Counted from the stretch's first letter, positions 40,994 through 55,989 are shown. The stretch: 64,000 bases of DNA from Reclinomonas americana ATCC 50394 (GCA_048213135.1 PS015083.1:1-64000); one strand, 5' to 3'. Program-made: numbers and translations. The notes: a model not told the origin generated them from the sequence alone.

Positions 40994-43900
40994 ATGTTGC
41001 ACACAGTCGCTCGCTCTGTGGGCGCATCGCCGGTGCGCACATGTACCCGTCATTGCATGCAACTTTTCATGTCACTCACATGCGCGTGTGATGCATATAG
41101 AGTGGCGCTCGGTTCTTCAGCAGTGCCAAGCTGGCGGTGAGCACCTCACACACACACACATACACACACAGAGCACACTTTCGCACACTTGCACACACTT
41201 TTACGCACTTTCACGCACTTTCACGCACTTTCACGCACCTGCACACACTTGCACACACACTCATACACACTCTCCCTTCCACTCCCTCTTGTCTCTGTCT
41301 CCCTCTCTCCTTCTCACACTCTCTCCTCCCTCTCTTGTGTTCTGCGCGCAAGAGTGATGTCCATTTCCCCTCTCACTCACACACTCTCCTTTCGTTTTTA
41401 TGTTTGTGTTTTGCGCGCAGCCGATTGTTCCCTCGTTGATCAACGGCAAGTGGCGCGAGTCGCAAACGACCAAATTCTTTGATGTGATCAACCCGGTGAG
41501 AGAGCGAGAGACGACTCCGCGCGCAGATCACTCCGAGATTCGCGGATTCTCATGTGTGNNNNNNNNNNNNNNNNNNNNNNNNNNNNNNNNNNNNNNNNNN
41601 NNNNNNNNNNNNNNNNNNNNNNNNNNNNNNNNNNNNNNNNNNNNNNNNNNNNNNNNNNNNNNNNNNNNNNNNNNNNNNNNNNNNNNNNNNNNNNNNNNNN
41701 NNNNNNNNNNNNNNNNNNNNNNNNNNNNNNNNNNNNNNNNNNNNNNNNNNNNNNNNNNNNNNNNNNNNNNNNNNNNNNNNNNNNNNNNNNNNNNNNNNNN
41801 NNNNNNNNNNNNNNNNNNNNNNNNNNNNNNNNNNNNNNNNNNNNNNNNNNNNNNNNNNNNNNNNNNNNNNNNNNNNNNNNNNNNNNCTCTCTCTCTCTCT
41901 TCCCTCTCTGTCTCTCTCTCCCCCTTCCCTCTGCCTCTCTCTCCCCCTTCCCTATCTTCTCTTTGCCTCACGCATGCATTGCTGATCTCCCTCTCTCCCC
42001 CCTCTGTCTATGGTGACAGGCGCGACACGCCAGTGTCGCAGCGTGCGCGTGTGATGTTCAAGCTGCAGCACTTGATTCGTGAGCGCCAGGTGTGGCAGTC
42101 AGTTGACTGTATTCGGGGGTCTTTTTAGTTTCCTCCGCGTTCTGAAGCTTCGGCGTCGCAGGAGGAGATTGCAAAGATGATCACCCGGGAGCAGGGCAAG
42201 ACGCTGGAGGATGCTCGTGGTGATGTGTTCCGTGGACTCGGTGCGTGGTGCGATTGCTGCGTCCACCACACAGACGAGGGGGAAGCATGCTGATTGACGA
42301 ATGCAGAGGTGGTGGAGCATGCGTGTGGAATTGCGTCGCTGTTGATGGGTGAGACCACGCAGACGGTGGCGCGCAACATGGATACCTACAGGTGAGCGAG
42401 GGAGGGAGCGAGAGCGTGGCACATTGCAGTTGTGCACTGATGCTTTGCACGGGATGACAGCTTCCGCGAGCCGCTCGGTGTCTGTGCTGGCAGTTGCGCA
42501 TCGTCGTTTGGTCGACGTTTGTGGCAGCGGTTGTTGACTGACGAATGCATGTGCAGTCTCGCCGTTCAACTTCCCGGCCATGATTCCTCTGTGGATGTTC
42601 CCCATTGCCACGGCCTGCGGCAACACCTACATCCTGAAGCCGAGCGAGAAGGTTTGGCCTTCTCTCACCTGCTCTGCCCATTTTCCTCCTGCACACTCAC
42701 TGGCGATCTTTCTCTCTCTCTCTCTCTCTCTCTCCCCTTTTCCTTCTCCTTTCCCCTTCTCTCCCTTCCCTTCCCCTTCACACAGGACCCCGGAGCGTCG
42801 GTATACATCTGCCAACTGGCCCAAGAGGCCGGTCTGCCTGACGGTGTGCTCAATGTTGTGCACGGAGGCAAGGTGTGTGTTTTTACCCTGTCGCGCACTC
42901 GCCGTCTCTCGGAGTCCGTTTCCTCTTCGCACTGAACCGCTTCGTTTGTGCATGTAGGATACGGTGGACTACATTCTCGATGCTCCCGAAATCAAGGCCA
43001 TCTCGTTTGTCGGCAGCAACCACGTGGGCACGTACATTCACCAGCGTGGCTCGCACAATGGAAAGCGCGTGCAGGTGGGTGCCGCGTTGCCTCCTTGATG
43101 TGAACAAGGGTAATTGACAAGTCGCTTTCGGTGCAGTCGAACATGGCGGCGAAGAACCACGGCGTGGTGATGCCGGATGCTGATCGCGAGACTGTCGTCA
43201 GTGCCCTCACGGTGAGGACTGTGTGAAGTGTGCGCGTGCCAACATGAAACAATGAGCTGATCGCCGCATTGTTGAAATATTATAGGGTGCTGCGTTCGGT
43301 GCCGCTGGCCAGCGTTGCATGGCTCTGTCGACGGCTGTGTTTGTCGGCGAGTCGAAGAACTGGATCCCCGACATTGTGGAGAAGGCCAGGAACCTGCGTG
43401 TGAATGCCGGTCACGAGCCCAACACCGATGTCGGCCCGCTGATTGACCGCGCCGCCAAGGAGCGTGTGAGCGCCATTATTGATTCGGCGACGAAGCAGGG
43501 CGCCACCATTGCGCTGGACGGCCGCAACACCAAGGTGTGCAGGCGACAGCACACTGACGATGAATGCATGCATGTTGGGTTCCGCTAATTCTTCGTCATG
43601 CAGGTCGCTGGCTACCCGAACGGCAACTTTGTGGGCCCGACTGTCATCACCAACGTCAAGCCCGGCATGCGCTGCTACGACGAGGAGATCTTTGGCCCGG
43701 TGCTCGTTTGCGTCAAGTGAGTGCGAGGAAAGAAAGAAAGAAAGAAAGAAAGAGAGTCCTGAACATCTCTTCCGTTTCCGCGCAGTGTCGAGACTCTCGA
43801 CGATGCCATCAAGCTCGTCAACTCGAACCAGTGGGGCAACGGCACCGCCATCTTTACTCAGTCGGGTGCCGCTGCACGCAAGTACCAGCACGAGACTGAG

Positions 43901-44187
43901 GTGACTCAGGTCGGCATCAACACACCCATTCCAGTGCCGCTGCCCTTCTTCAGCTTCACCGGTGGCAAGGCCTCGATCCGTGGTGACCTCAAGTTTCGTA
44001 ACTGCTTTGGTCTTGCAACGGAGAGGTGAGTTCACGCGCTCACTGTGCGACTCTTTTGTGTGGCAGCTTCTACGGCAAGGCTGGCGTCTACTTCTACTCG
44101 CAGCTGAAGACCATCACCTCGAACTGGCGCGAGCCGAGCGAGGCGACACGCAAGCTGCAGACCGCCATGCCGGTCTACAAGAGCTGA
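40994..44187 (+). CDS. ALDH6A1: Methylmalonate-semialdehyde dehydrogenase (mitochondrial)
   Basis: Presequence [99 protein letters not shown] (catalytic Cys), [18 protein letters not shown]. Confidence 0.96.
41170..41255. repeat. 10-bp tandem repeat (ACTTTCACGC)n with degenerate flanks in an ALDH6A1 intron
   Basis: tacgcactttcacgcactttcacgcactttcacgcac and related flanking units. Confidence 0.6.
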
Positions 44188-44725
44188 AGAAAGCGCAGAG
44201 AGTGAGTTTTTGTGTTGGCCCCTGTCGTCAGAAATGAATACTATTCCACCCCCGGAAAATGCCGTTACGCCGTGCAGCTCGAAAATTCCGTTTTCCGTCG
44301 TCTTTATTAGCAAGTGAGTACGTAACTGACCGGGAGAGCGGGCGACCAACGACCGTAAACAATACAAGGTGAAACATCAACGCTCGCGTCACGCACTTTC
44401 GTTTTACACGCAACACACGCACACACACACTGTGATCGCGAGGTGGTGAGTGACAGAGGCCTGTGTGTGTGTGTGCGCGCACGTGTGTGTTGTCTGTTGT
44501 GTGTGGACGCGTGCCAACTCTACCACAAAACTCACACTAGTGTCTCTGTCTGTGCCTTTCTCTCTCTTGCTCTCTCACTGTGTGTGTATGTGTGCCTGTC
44601 ACTCAGTGAGCGCGCGTGCATTGGTCTCTTGCACGCTCAACTCTTCTCTCACGCGCTCTCTCTTTGTGTGTTCATGTTTGCAGTCACACAAGCAACAAGT
44701 GAGACACTGACTGAGCAAGCGAAGG

Positions 44726-46238
44726 ATGGCGTCATCGTCTGGCATTAAGCGATACGACGGAGCGCGTTTGAATGGAAAGAAGCACGGATTTGGTACTTAT
44801 CACTTCGAGGTATGATCAACCACTCAACTCTTTTGCATCTCTCTCTCTCTCTCTCATGATGTGCGTGCGCGTGTGTGCTGTTAAAAGGATGGTTCTGTGT
44901 ACGAGGGCGAGTGGGTGGAGGGCATGATGGAGGGCAAGGGCAAGTACACGTGGGCGGGCGAGGACCGCAAGGTGTACGAGGGCGAGCTGAAGGCCGGGCA
45001 GCGCGATGGGCGCGGAACGCTGACGTGGGGCGATGGACGCAAGTATGAGGGCCAGTGGGTCAATGGCAAGAAGAGCGTGCATGGCGTGTTCACGTGGCCG
45101 GATGGACGGTGAGTGTTGACTGTGTGTCTGTGTGTGGAAGGAAGGCATGAGGAGACTGATTGGTGGTGAGCAGCAAGTACAATGGCGAGTGGCTCGATGA
45201 CATGAAGCACGGCAGGGGCGTGTACGAGTGGAGCGATGGGTTAGTTGTACGCGTGTGTATCCGTATGCATGCCGTTGTGGCTGACGTTCTCTTGTTGTTG
45301 CAGTTCCAAGTACGAGGGCGACTGGGTGTCTGACAAGAGAACTGGCCGTTGCGTACATGCTTGCTTGGTTTGCTGATCGGTGTGCTCGTGCTCACTGGCT
45401 GTCGTTGTGGTTTGGCTTTGATAGACGGACGCTACACATGGCCCGACGGACGAGTCTACGAGGGAAGCTGGAAGGACGGCAAGATGGACGGCAAGGGCGT
45501 GTTGGTGAGCACAGCTGCACTCGTGTCGGTGTGATGTTCATGCGTGGCTCACGATTCGGGTGGTTGCGCAGACATTCCCCGACGGATCCAAGTACGATGG
45601 CGACTGGGTTGCCGACAAGAAGCACGGCCACGGCATTTACATCTGGAACGACTCGGGCAAGCGCTACGAGGGTCAGTTTGAGAACGATCAGCGCGCAGGC
45701 CAGGGCACGCTGAGGTGAGTGTGCACACGAGCACGCTACGCAATGACTTTTCGTCTCACACGCGCGCAGCTGGAAGGACGGACGCAAGTACGTCGGTTCC
45801 TTTGTGGCCGGCCGCATGAGTGGAACCGGAGTCTTGACTGTTGCGTTGTCTGTCTATTAGCCTGTCCACGGTCGGCCGCCTCGCTCACTTCTCCCTTCCA
45901 GTTCCCGTCTGGTCGCCGCTACGAGGGCGCGATGCTGGACGACGCCATGCACGGCCGCGGCACGTACATTTACGAGAACGGCGCCACCTACGTCGGCGAC
46001 TTTGTCGAGGGCAAGCGCGAAGGCAACGGCACGCTTACCTTCCAGAACGGCAACACATTCGCGGGCACATGGAAGGCCGGCAAGAAGCACGGACAGGGTC
46101 GCCTAACAACACCCGACGGCCGCGTGCAAGAGGGTGAGTGTGTTTGTGTCCGTGTCTGTGTCTTTGTCTGTGGTCTGCTCACCGCATGTATGCATGTGTA
46201 TCGCAGGCTTGTGGGAGGACGACATGTTTGTCGGCTAA
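44726..46238 (+). CDS. MORN-repeat protein
   Basis: About 13 YEGxWxxGxxHGxGxYxWxDG units across 9 exons, all in frame. ATG 44726, TAA 46238. Confidence 0.92.
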
Positions 46239-46607
46239 AGCAGCAGCGTATGCGGCTTGCATTTGTCGCGATTTGTGTGCTCTGGCAGAGTCTTGTTTCA
46301 TTTGCTGTTTTTCATTATTGTTTGTACGAAGGAGGTGGTCGACCCACCTCCATTTTGTGTGTGTCGGTGCTCATGTTTGATGATGATGATGATGATACGA
46401 GTGTGTCTGCGTTTCACACTCATGTTTTTTCTCCCTCTCTTGTCTGTACACCGGAGGAAAAAGAAGAAGAGGATGGGAAAAAGGAGAGTGAACGGTGCGG
46501 AATCAGAAAAACAACAACGTGTGGGATTGATGGCTGTACATGCATGTAACTTTTGAACAACACAACCAAAAAACCAAAACAAAAAAGCCAACACACTCGC
46601 ATAAAAA

Positions 46608-49600
46608 CTACTGCGGGGGAGCGGCGGCAGTCAGCTGCGCCTCCAACTCCCGCACTCTAGCATTCAGCCGCTCGTTTTGCGCCGTCAACGCATCCACTCT
46701 GCTGTTCAGCTGTGAAATCGTCTCCTGCTGATGCTGCAGCAGCTCATCCTTGTGATCGCGTTGTCGCTCCTCCGCCTGCCGAGCCGCGGCATTCATGTCG
46801 CGCACACGCTGGTTCTGCGCGGCGACACTCTTGAGGAAACCCAGCAAGTCGTCGCGGTCAATCACGCTCGTCGGACTCGGTTCGAGATCCAACATGAAGC
46901 ACATGCGCTTGCGACCACGTGAGGTGTCGTCGTCGGGTGGTGGCGCAGCGCCGCCCTGGCGCGTGAGGATCGACATGAGCTTACGCTCCACCGACTCGTC
47001 CATGCCCAGCATGGTGTGGCGGGCCTGCTTGCCACGCGACGCAGGTGCGTTGACCAGCTCGAAGCCCTCCAGTCGATCCAGTACGAACGAACCAAACGGT
47101 GCATCTCGCGCCTGTACACAATCACCATGCCCGTCAGGTTCTTTTTTTTTGTTGACAACAAGTACGTGCTCCCTTTCCATCTGCACACCTGCGCAAGCAC
47201 ATTGCAGAGACCACCAAATACATGGACGCCCCAGTTGCACGTGATGGTGTGGAAACACTTGAGCCAGGCGGGTGAGCCGAGGATGCTCTTGGTGTTGACC
47301 TGCAGATTCAGCGAGCCGGCCTCCATGGCGTTGCGTCCAAACACTTTGTTGATGGCGGTCTTGTAACTGCGGCGGTGATGGTGATGACACAACGTGGGCA
47401 AGGAGGCGGGAAAAGACACACGTCATGGCAGCCGCTCACCGAGGAATAATCACTTGCTCGAGCGCGTAGACGTACTTGGCGCGCAGGACCTCCGATGTGG
47501 CGAGGATCGTGTTCGCCAACTCCTCGCGTGTGGGATACACAATCTGCGCGCAACAGATGAATACATATACGGCACGCATGTTGTTGTTGACGACTGTAAT
47601 ACCTCGCCAGCAGAACGCGTGACAATAAACGCCAACGACTTGATTTCGTCGTCCCACACCAGCAGGTCGGGTCGCTCAAAGAACTCTGTCACCACGTCCG
47701 GTCCGAATCTGCAACGACGCTCGCGTGAGACATGATTGCGCGCATGCTAATCGTGGAGGAGGGTGTGCGAGTTCGCACCGAATAACAACATCACGGATCG
47801 CCTCGTGGAGGAATTCCTGCGCGTGATCGCAGACCTGACGCCAGTCAGCCGCCTGCTCGTCCGCCGTAGTCGGCGCAAACAGGCGCAGGTTCGACGGTGC
47901 GGCAACCTGACAGATGCAATATCAGCGTCACTTACTATCATCTCAACAGAAGAGTGCAGTGCAAAGAGAGACCCTACCGTCGAGTCGGAGATGGGCCTGA
48001 GCACGGCATCCAGCACGCTCTCGACACCACCCGTGATGGTGGCAATCACGTCGCCCGTCAGTGCCGCGTGCGTCAACATCTCAGCGCCGACCGGGTGCTC
48101 GAGGAAGCTGTCGCGATCAAACTGCATCACAAGAATTCCACACGTTTGAGTCACGACATTTCTTCTCTTTCGCACAACAGAGACGAACCGCGAGACGAAT
48201 CGACGAGCCCTTGCGCTGACGAATATCGGTCATGGCCTGATCAATCAACAGCATGATCTCCGACACTCGCTTGTCGTAGTGCAGGGCGTCCAATGAGAGC
48301 CAGCGCCGGAGCACAGCGGTAAGGTTGTCGCGCTGGTGGCGGTAACAGTCAGCCAACAACCATCGACGGGATGAGAGGCAAGAGCAGGAGGGCACACGCA
48401 CGTTCATGAATTCAATCGAGTCGGCCTTCACAGAAATGCAGTCGACCAGGTAGCCACTGGCGGTCACGGCAGACTCCTGGACATTCAAGTTCGGCTCGTT
48501 CCTGCGAGGGGGGGGGGGGGGGATGGATGGTGAGATGCAGAGAGAAAGAATACTAATGAATGAAAGATATCGACGCACTGGAACACCACTCGCTTCAGGC
48601 GAGTAGACAGCGCCTCCTGCGCCACTGGCTCCACGCACATTTCACGAATGACCTGCACATGTTTCGGGGTCAGATGCATGGCGAAACGTCTCGGGCGGGA
48701 GAAACGCATACCTCAAATACACGCTCGAGTCCGTCGGGACCCTGCAGGAACTCAAAGGCCTCCTTCGGTCGCGACGTGGCCATAATGCTGTTGTTGTCGA
48801 CCTCAATGTCGATCTCGTTCTTCAGCAGCTCACGCAGTTGGCGCCGCAGCTTCGGAATCGCCGTGTTCTGCGTGTGCTCCCTCGCGAATGTTTGCAGGCA
48901 CCACTGTGATGAGCGCGTCAGCTACTCGTATCATTCGCCTCGCTTGTCTCTTGCGGGGGAGACGCACCGAAGCCATCAAGTCTGCCACCGCCTCGGCGGT
49001 TGGGAGGAATCCCGCTTCGCCAATGGCTGACGAAAAGTCGATGCGAATAATGTTCTCGTGCGACACGTCCATCTTGCACTCCTCACCGGTTTCGCGGTGT
49101 GTGATTCTGCACGAGGTGAGCGTAAGCACCAGCTACCGCATTATTTCTACAAAGACAACCACGAAACTGAATGCCCTTCAGCCGATTCCTGGTGAGCGCC
49201 ATCGCACCCGGCGGCACGGCTTGCCCTGCGCCACCCTCCACAAACAGCTCAAATCCGGTGCACAGAATCGGCACCAGGGTGTGTGAGAGAACGGCAGCAG
49301 CACGCGTCGGCACCGCCGATTGCACAATCGACGGCTGGTCGACAGTCACAGTGCGCTTGGGGCCTGCAAGGAACCAGCACGATGAGTACACACGAACATG
49401 CACGTACACACACAAACGGAGAACTCACCCGACAGGTCAGCATCGTTGCCGAGCAGCAGACGAGCCGCAGCGGCACCGGCCGACCGAGCACCGGCGACAG
49501 CTGCGAGGGAATGAGAGAGACCAGTAAGTGACTGTAATGCCTTCAAGAGAGTGTGGATGGGCGACGCAACATCCACAGGCTTGCGCCATCGAGTCGAGGG

Positions 49601-52381
49601 CTTCCGTCAGTACCTTGACCGCGTCGGACGACACTCGCTGCAAGCGGAGAAGAAGGGTGAATCATCACGTAGCCGCCTTCCGAAACCCCAGGCGACGAAA
49701 CGTCAAGCNNNNNNNNNNNNNNNNNNNNAGAGGGGTCTTGCGACGCAGCTCGCGCAACAGCGCGCCACGAGTGGTTTTGGTCCACGGGAAAATGTCGATA
49801 ATCATCTGCGATCCCGGGTCGTACGACGTGTGAACCTGTGAACGTGCGTTTGGTCAGCCTCTCCCCACTCGGTCATGCGCCCCCCTCCGCAGCACCACGC
49901 AACGTCGAGTCCAAGCTCACGAGCACGAATGACAATGCCCTTGACGCTGTCGGCAATCATGCGCTTGTCGAACTCGATCTGCGAGTCGGGTGAGTACTAC
50001 CATCACGAATCACGCTACAATTCTCCACCANNNNNNNNNNNNNNNNNNNNNNNNNNNNNNNNNNNNNNNNNNNNNNNNNNNNNNNNNNNNNNNNNNNNNN
50101 NNNNNNNNNNNNNNNNNNNNNNNNNNNNNNNNNNNNNNNNNNNNNNNNNNNNNNNNNNNNNNNNNNNNNNNNNNNNNNNNNNNNNNNNNNNNNNNNNNNN
50201 NNNNNNNNNNNNNNNNNNNNNNNNNNNNNNNNNNNNNNNNNNNNNNNNNNNNNNNNNNNNNNNNNNNNNNNNNNNNNNNNNNNNNNNNNNNNNNNNNNNN
50301 NNNNNNNNNNNNNNNNNNNNNNNNNNNNNNNNNNNNNNNNNNNNNNNNNNNNNNNNNNNNNNNNNNNNNNNNNNNNNNNNNNNNNNNNNNNNNNNNNNNN
50401 NNNNNNNNNNNNNNNNNNNNNNNNNNNNNNNNNNNNNNNNNNNNNNNNNNNNNNNNNNNNNNNNNNNNNNNNNNNNNNNNNNNNNNNNNNNNNNNNNNNN
50501 NNNNNNNNNNNNNNNNNNNNNNNNNNNNNNNNNNNNNNNNNNNNNNNNNNNNNNNNNNNNNNNNNNNNNNNNNNNNNNNNNNNNNNNNNNNNNNNNNNNN
50601 NNNNNNNNNNNNNNNNNNNNNNNNNNNNNNNNNNNNNNNNNNNNNNNNNNNNNNNNNNNNNNNNNNNNNNNNNNNNNNNNNNNNNNNNNNNNNNNNNNNN
50701 NNNNNNNNNNNNNNNNNNNNNNNNNNNNNNNNNNNNNNNNNNNNNNNNNNNNNNNNNNNNNNNNNNNNNNNNNNNNNNNNNNNNNNNNNNNNNNNNNNNN
50801 NNNNNNNNNNNNNNNNNNNNNNNNNNNNNNNNNNNNNNNNNNNNNNNNNNNNNNNNNNNNNNNNNNNNNNNNNNNNNNNNNNNNNNNNNNNNNNNNNNNN
50901 NNNTCTCCACAAACCTGGTCGGGAGTGTTCTCCGGTCCCGGCTGCACACACGCACGCATATTCGAGTAAGCAAAAGAATTACACAGAGTTTCCCAAGGCA
51001 CAACCTCCTTCTCCCCCTCACCTGCAGCATACGCAGCAGCGGCTCGACCAAATGCTGATTGATGTGAATCATGACGAAATCGGCCACAGCCAGCACCTCC
51101 TCGGCCGGCCCCAGCGAGTCCCATTCCACCTGAATCCACATGTTGGGAGAATCAAACGCTTCTGCCAACTTGCGCGCGTACTTGTCGAGCTCTGCATTGC
51201 AGCTCTCGCGCAGCACCGACTCGCGAGCGAGTTCCTGCACACAACGTCAGTGGCTTTGAGAGGCACGACAGGTGTGCAGCCATGCAGAGCGGACCTTCGC
51301 CAGATTCAGCACATCCATCCACTGCTTGCGGGTCTCCTCGGAATTGGCGTGCAGGAAGTAGGTGCGTTTGCGAGCCTCGATCGACCACGAGAACGGCTTG
51401 CCTGCACGCACGGTCGAGGGACGTGAGTGCTGACAGCAGACTGCCTCTCGCTAACACACAGACACACACGAACCAGTCTCCGCCTTGTCGACCGCCGTAA
51501 TCGCCGAGTCAGCGCCCAACTCCATCACACCCTTCAGCTTGATCATGCCCTGCACACGATCACCATGAGCACCCAGCTCCGAGACAAAGAGCGTCTCATC
51601 AAGCTTGATCATGTGAAGGACTGCTCACACAAACACATACACACATACACACTGTCTCTCTCTCTCTCTTTCTCTTCCCCTCTCCCCTCTCTTTCGCCAC
51701 TCAACATCCGGCTTGGACGAGTAGTACGACAGCTGCAATCCGCGCAACACAAAGTACCGCTTCTTCCAGCTGCGATGACGACCTTTATCGGAGAATAGTC
51801 AGTCAAAAAAAACCTCATCTCCGAACATCGATGGCATGCTTGACTGCACACACACACACCTCCGCGCTTTGAAAGGAATCCCTCATAGAGCACATCAGCA
51901 CCACCGCCTCCCTGCAGCAAACAAAACACACACACACGCACCAATGAGAAAGGCAAACACAAAAGTGTGTGCGTGTGACATTGCGATGCTTCACCTGCAG
52001 ACCGGCCGACTGCAGCGAGAAGTTGCCACTTCCACTGCCGCCTCCGCCACTGGAGCCACCAGCGCCGACGAGCACCGAGGAGGCCGACGAGGACAAGGAG
52101 GAGGAAGGGGAGGAGGAGGCGGAGGAGCCGAGTCCTGCAGTGGACACTCGCCGATCGCCGTACGCGATGCCTGGCGGTGAATCAAGTGCGACCGTGCTGA
52201 TCAACACGCAAACGCAAACGAGGAGTGGCACAGTGAGTGTGAGCGATCAAGAAGTGACTGAGCATGAGGAAAATGCAAACAAGTGAAAAAAGGAGAGGAA
52301 AGAGAAGAGAAGAGAGGCAGAGAACGTGGAAGGGATGGAGAAGAAAAAGGAAGGCAGAACGTGAGCTCACCGACGACTCAT
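46608..52381 (-). CDS. Large PH-domain-containing protein with C-terminal coiled coil
   Basis: VLYEGFLSKRGGRHRSWKKRYFVLRGLQLSYY...GMIKLKGVMEL...RTYFLHANSEETRKQW is a canonical PH domain. Many further frame-compatible exons follow, ending at TAG 46608. The start exon is inferred and the gene spans gaps. Confidence 0.65.
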
Positions 52382-52536
52382 TGACACTGACGATGTCGTC
52401 CTCTGATCGTCCTGCAAAATTCTGTCCGTTTGAGCAGCTCTCTCTCGCTCGATCATTCGCTTGCTCTCAACCGAGTGCTTATTCGTCACACACACGCACA
52501 CACTCTCTGTCGCACACACACACACGTCGTTGACAG

Positions 52537-55500
52537 ATGCTATCCAGTGAGCTGCGCCAGCGACTGCGCAGTCGGGTGCTTCCGTCGCAGGTGCTGCGAT
52601 CGCTGAGCAGCGACGAGGATGACGAGAGTGGGAGCGATCCACCACCACCAGCGCACCTGCTGGCGTCGCCACACGAAGAGATGGATGATCTGATCGCTGA
52701 GGCGGAGGCCGAGGTGCGTCGTGCCGAGCAGCACTGGACAGAGGAGGAAGAGGAGGAGGCGATCATCATGGCGTCGTCGTCGCCATCGGTGTTTCCATCA
52801 AATGTGGTGTTGCACGTGGCCGATGCGCGACCGCTCGAGTCGTTCCCGGCGGCACAGCAGGCGCAGCGATGGCGGGAACGCACGCGATCGCGATCGCAGT
52901 CGCCCGTGCCGTTGCCGCAATCGGTCGGCAGCACCGTGTCGCCACCTCGTCGAACGACGCGACCACCGACGCCACCGTCGCAACAACAGAAGCAACAGCA
53001 GCACCAGGGAACGTCGTCATTGTCGTCCATGTCGGGGCCGATCGCATCGGGTGGTGGCGTTGTCGCCGGCAGTGGCCCTCCGTCGTCGGTCTCGTCCGTG
53101 TCATCGTCGACGGCATCGAGTCCCCGTCGAGTCGTCGCGTCGCAGCAACAGCAACAGCAACAGCAGCAGCAGCATTCACCACGGCGACAGCGACGCGCCG
53201 TGTCGCCATCACCACCGACACTCACACCGCGATCGTCGGGATCGCGTCACAGCAATGGGCGCATTGGTCAGCTGATGGCTCGATCGCCGTCGCCGTCGTC
53301 CATGCCCTCCAGTCACGATCGGTGGCACAGTGGTGGTCTGTTGCACTCGCAGGACGGCTACTCGGCGTCGACCGCCGGCAGTGTCGCCATTGGCAAGGCA
53401 CTGAATTCGACGGAGCGATTGCTGGAGACGGCCAGGTTTGTATTGTCGAGGTCCAGCGCTGGCAAGTGCTTCTTTCATTGTCGCTGACTGCTTCCACTGC
53501 GCAGGTTCCATTTGGAGGCCTACACGCGGTATGTGTTGCGCACGGTCGCCAACGAACCGTATCCCTCGGAGAAGCACTTTGCCACGGTGCACGCGTTGTG
53601 TCTCATTCTCGACATTGAGTTCCCGATCAACAACTGGCCTGGTGAGCCGTGCAGTGTGCTGGCCAGTCTTGCCACTATGCACTGGTGACTGACGTGTGCG
53701 TCCGCGTGACAGCGTGTCGGGAAATCTTGTTGGATCCACACCTGCGTGATCGACTGGAGATGGCCCGCCCTGACGATTGGTCGTTGACTCGTGTGGGCAA
53801 GTTTTCCGCGCTGCGGACACGAATGCTCTACTGGATGAGTGATGTTTCTGTTGCGTTTGGATGTGGTGCTGTCGCTGTTGCTGCGCCACACGTCGCTGAC
53901 GAGCACGCGCAGCTGGATCACACCTTTCATCGCATGTTCCACTATCTTGTCACGTTTGGCGATGCACTCGAATACTATGCCAACTTCGCGTGAGTTTCAT
54001 CCCTGCTTTCCACTAGCCTACCAGTGCACTGACTCGACAGCGCAGAAAACGAGCCACATCGTCCAAGGAGCTGAGTCGGTCGTGGAGTCCACATCCGTCA
54101 CGCGGTTCATCGCCGCTACACATCTTGGCGACGGCCGGACGACCAAGTGGCTCACCGACACCACCGTCACCAGCAGGGCCGACAGCGCTGCCCGACGGCG
54201 ATACGCTGGACCTGTCCAGCTCCGATGACGAGCACGACAGGCAGCCGCTGTCCTCCAAGCCGGCAGCACGGCGGCGGAAACTTCAACAACAACAACAGCA
54301 GCAGCAGCAGCAGCAGCAAGAGCAGTCGTTCTCGTCCAGATCCACACCACGCAGCTCGGCATCGGGAGTGTCGAGCCCGCGCATAATTACTGCCTCCTCT
54401 ATCACGAGTGCCACTGGAGCGGCGTTGTCACCGCCCACGCCATCCGCAGCTGCTGCGTCGTCGTCACCGCGCGGTTCTCGGCCACCGCTGGCATTCAGTC
54501 CGCGTGACTCGAAGCGACCACCAAGTCCGGCGATGCGCAACTCTCCGCGTCACACACCGACCTCCAGCGTGAGCTCCAGTGGCACGATGAGTCCACGGCA
54601 CATTGTTCACCCGCGGCACAATGGTGGCGGCCAGTCGAGTGCGCTGGACAGCTCGCCGCGCCACACTCCACGCTCGTCGGCCAGTCCCACTGTGAGTTTC
54701 GTCAGCGTCAATAGCCAGTCGCCACGCCAGTCGGCCACCCACAGCCCGAGGAGGAGTTCAGTGCCAAACACGGCAGCGACCGGCACCCCTGCCGGTAGCA
54801 GCACCGGCTCGCTGACGCCACGTGCTCAGTCGCAACATACGCATCATGGGCGCGCTCAGAATCGCCCGTCACCTTCCTCCACTCCACGATCTCCTGGCAC
54901 CGGCAGCAGCGCCTCGTCTCCCGATTCGGGTCCACCGGTATGTGTGCATGTGTCTGTGTGTGCCTTGTTGCGCCTTCTGACTTACCTCTCTCTCTCTCTC
55001 GCTCTCTTCGACGCAGCTCATGCGACTGCCCGTCGCCTCCGGAGTGCAAGCCAGTCGATCCGATGTGTCACTCATCAGCTCGTTGGCGCCCTCCGACCGC
55101 TCAATGTACAGCGAAGTGCCGTCGGCACACGGCGCCGTCGCCGGCTCGTTGACCACGATGGAAACCGAGGCGGCTGTCACACTGCCGGAGAAGCCCGGGC
55201 GGTTACACGGCGGCCGCGACGAAGAGGACGATGTGGACCTTATGCGCGCGCTGGTGGGCTCCTACCAAGCTGCAATCAGTGCCTGCGAAGCGCAAGCCAT
55301 ACCACCAGCGGCAGCCACACAACTACCGTTTGCTCAGTACTCTGTTGCGTCGACTGTGTGCTCGCGAGTGAGTGCGAGATATACGGACTCACCTTCTGTG
55401 CAGATCAAGACGCGCGTGGCACCCGATCGTATTGGTCCACACACGCCAGTGCCGCGAGTCGCGTCACTGGAGTTTGCGTTGGAGGCCATGCGTGTGGGCA

Positions 55501-55786
55501 ACCAGACCATGGCCAGGGCGCTCGATGCGTTGCGTGCCGATGCGTGGCCGGCACAGCTGCAGGCGGCCGACGTGGAATCCCATCGGCGAGACAGCGACGC
55601 GGTGGGTCGCGACAATGACAATCTGGTGCGGTTACAGCAGGAACATCGGCAGCTAATTTCCGAGTTCCGCAAAATGGTGCGTGCATCCCTGGCGCGGAAG
55701 GAATAGGCCATGGTTGTGTCTCACTCTACTGCGTCTGTGTGCAGCTGGAGGAAGCAACTCTCCTCCAACGGGCCATGCGTACATGA
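52537..55786 (+). CDS. Hypothetical Ser/Pro/Gln-rich protein with a central globular segment and C-terminal coiled coil
   Basis: Long open exons joined by GT-AG introns (for example 53989 GC|GTGAGT...CAG|A restores the 54125 frame). Ends ...LLQRAMRT-TGA at 55786. Confidence 0.6.
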
Positions 55787-55989
55787 CATGGGGCGGTGGA
55801 CGCTAGCGTGATTCACCCAACTTTCTCTGACACATATCACAACAACAACAACAATAACGAACAACTTTTTACGCGTCACGTGTACAGCTGCTGAGGCACG
55901 CATGCGTGTGTGTCTGTGCATGTTATAAAAAATGACATTTTTTTCTGCTTGCTTTCTTTACTTGCTTGTTTGTCACGTGTTCTCCACGG

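Noticed and set aside
44440-44725. Pyrimidine tract + CAG just upstream of ATGs (MORN gene, 13985, 15134, 52537) as spliced-leader trans-splicing acceptors
   Set aside because: Upstream GT donors exist (for example GTGAGT at ~44446), so ordinary 5' UTR introns suffice. No SL evidence is obtainable from DNA alone.
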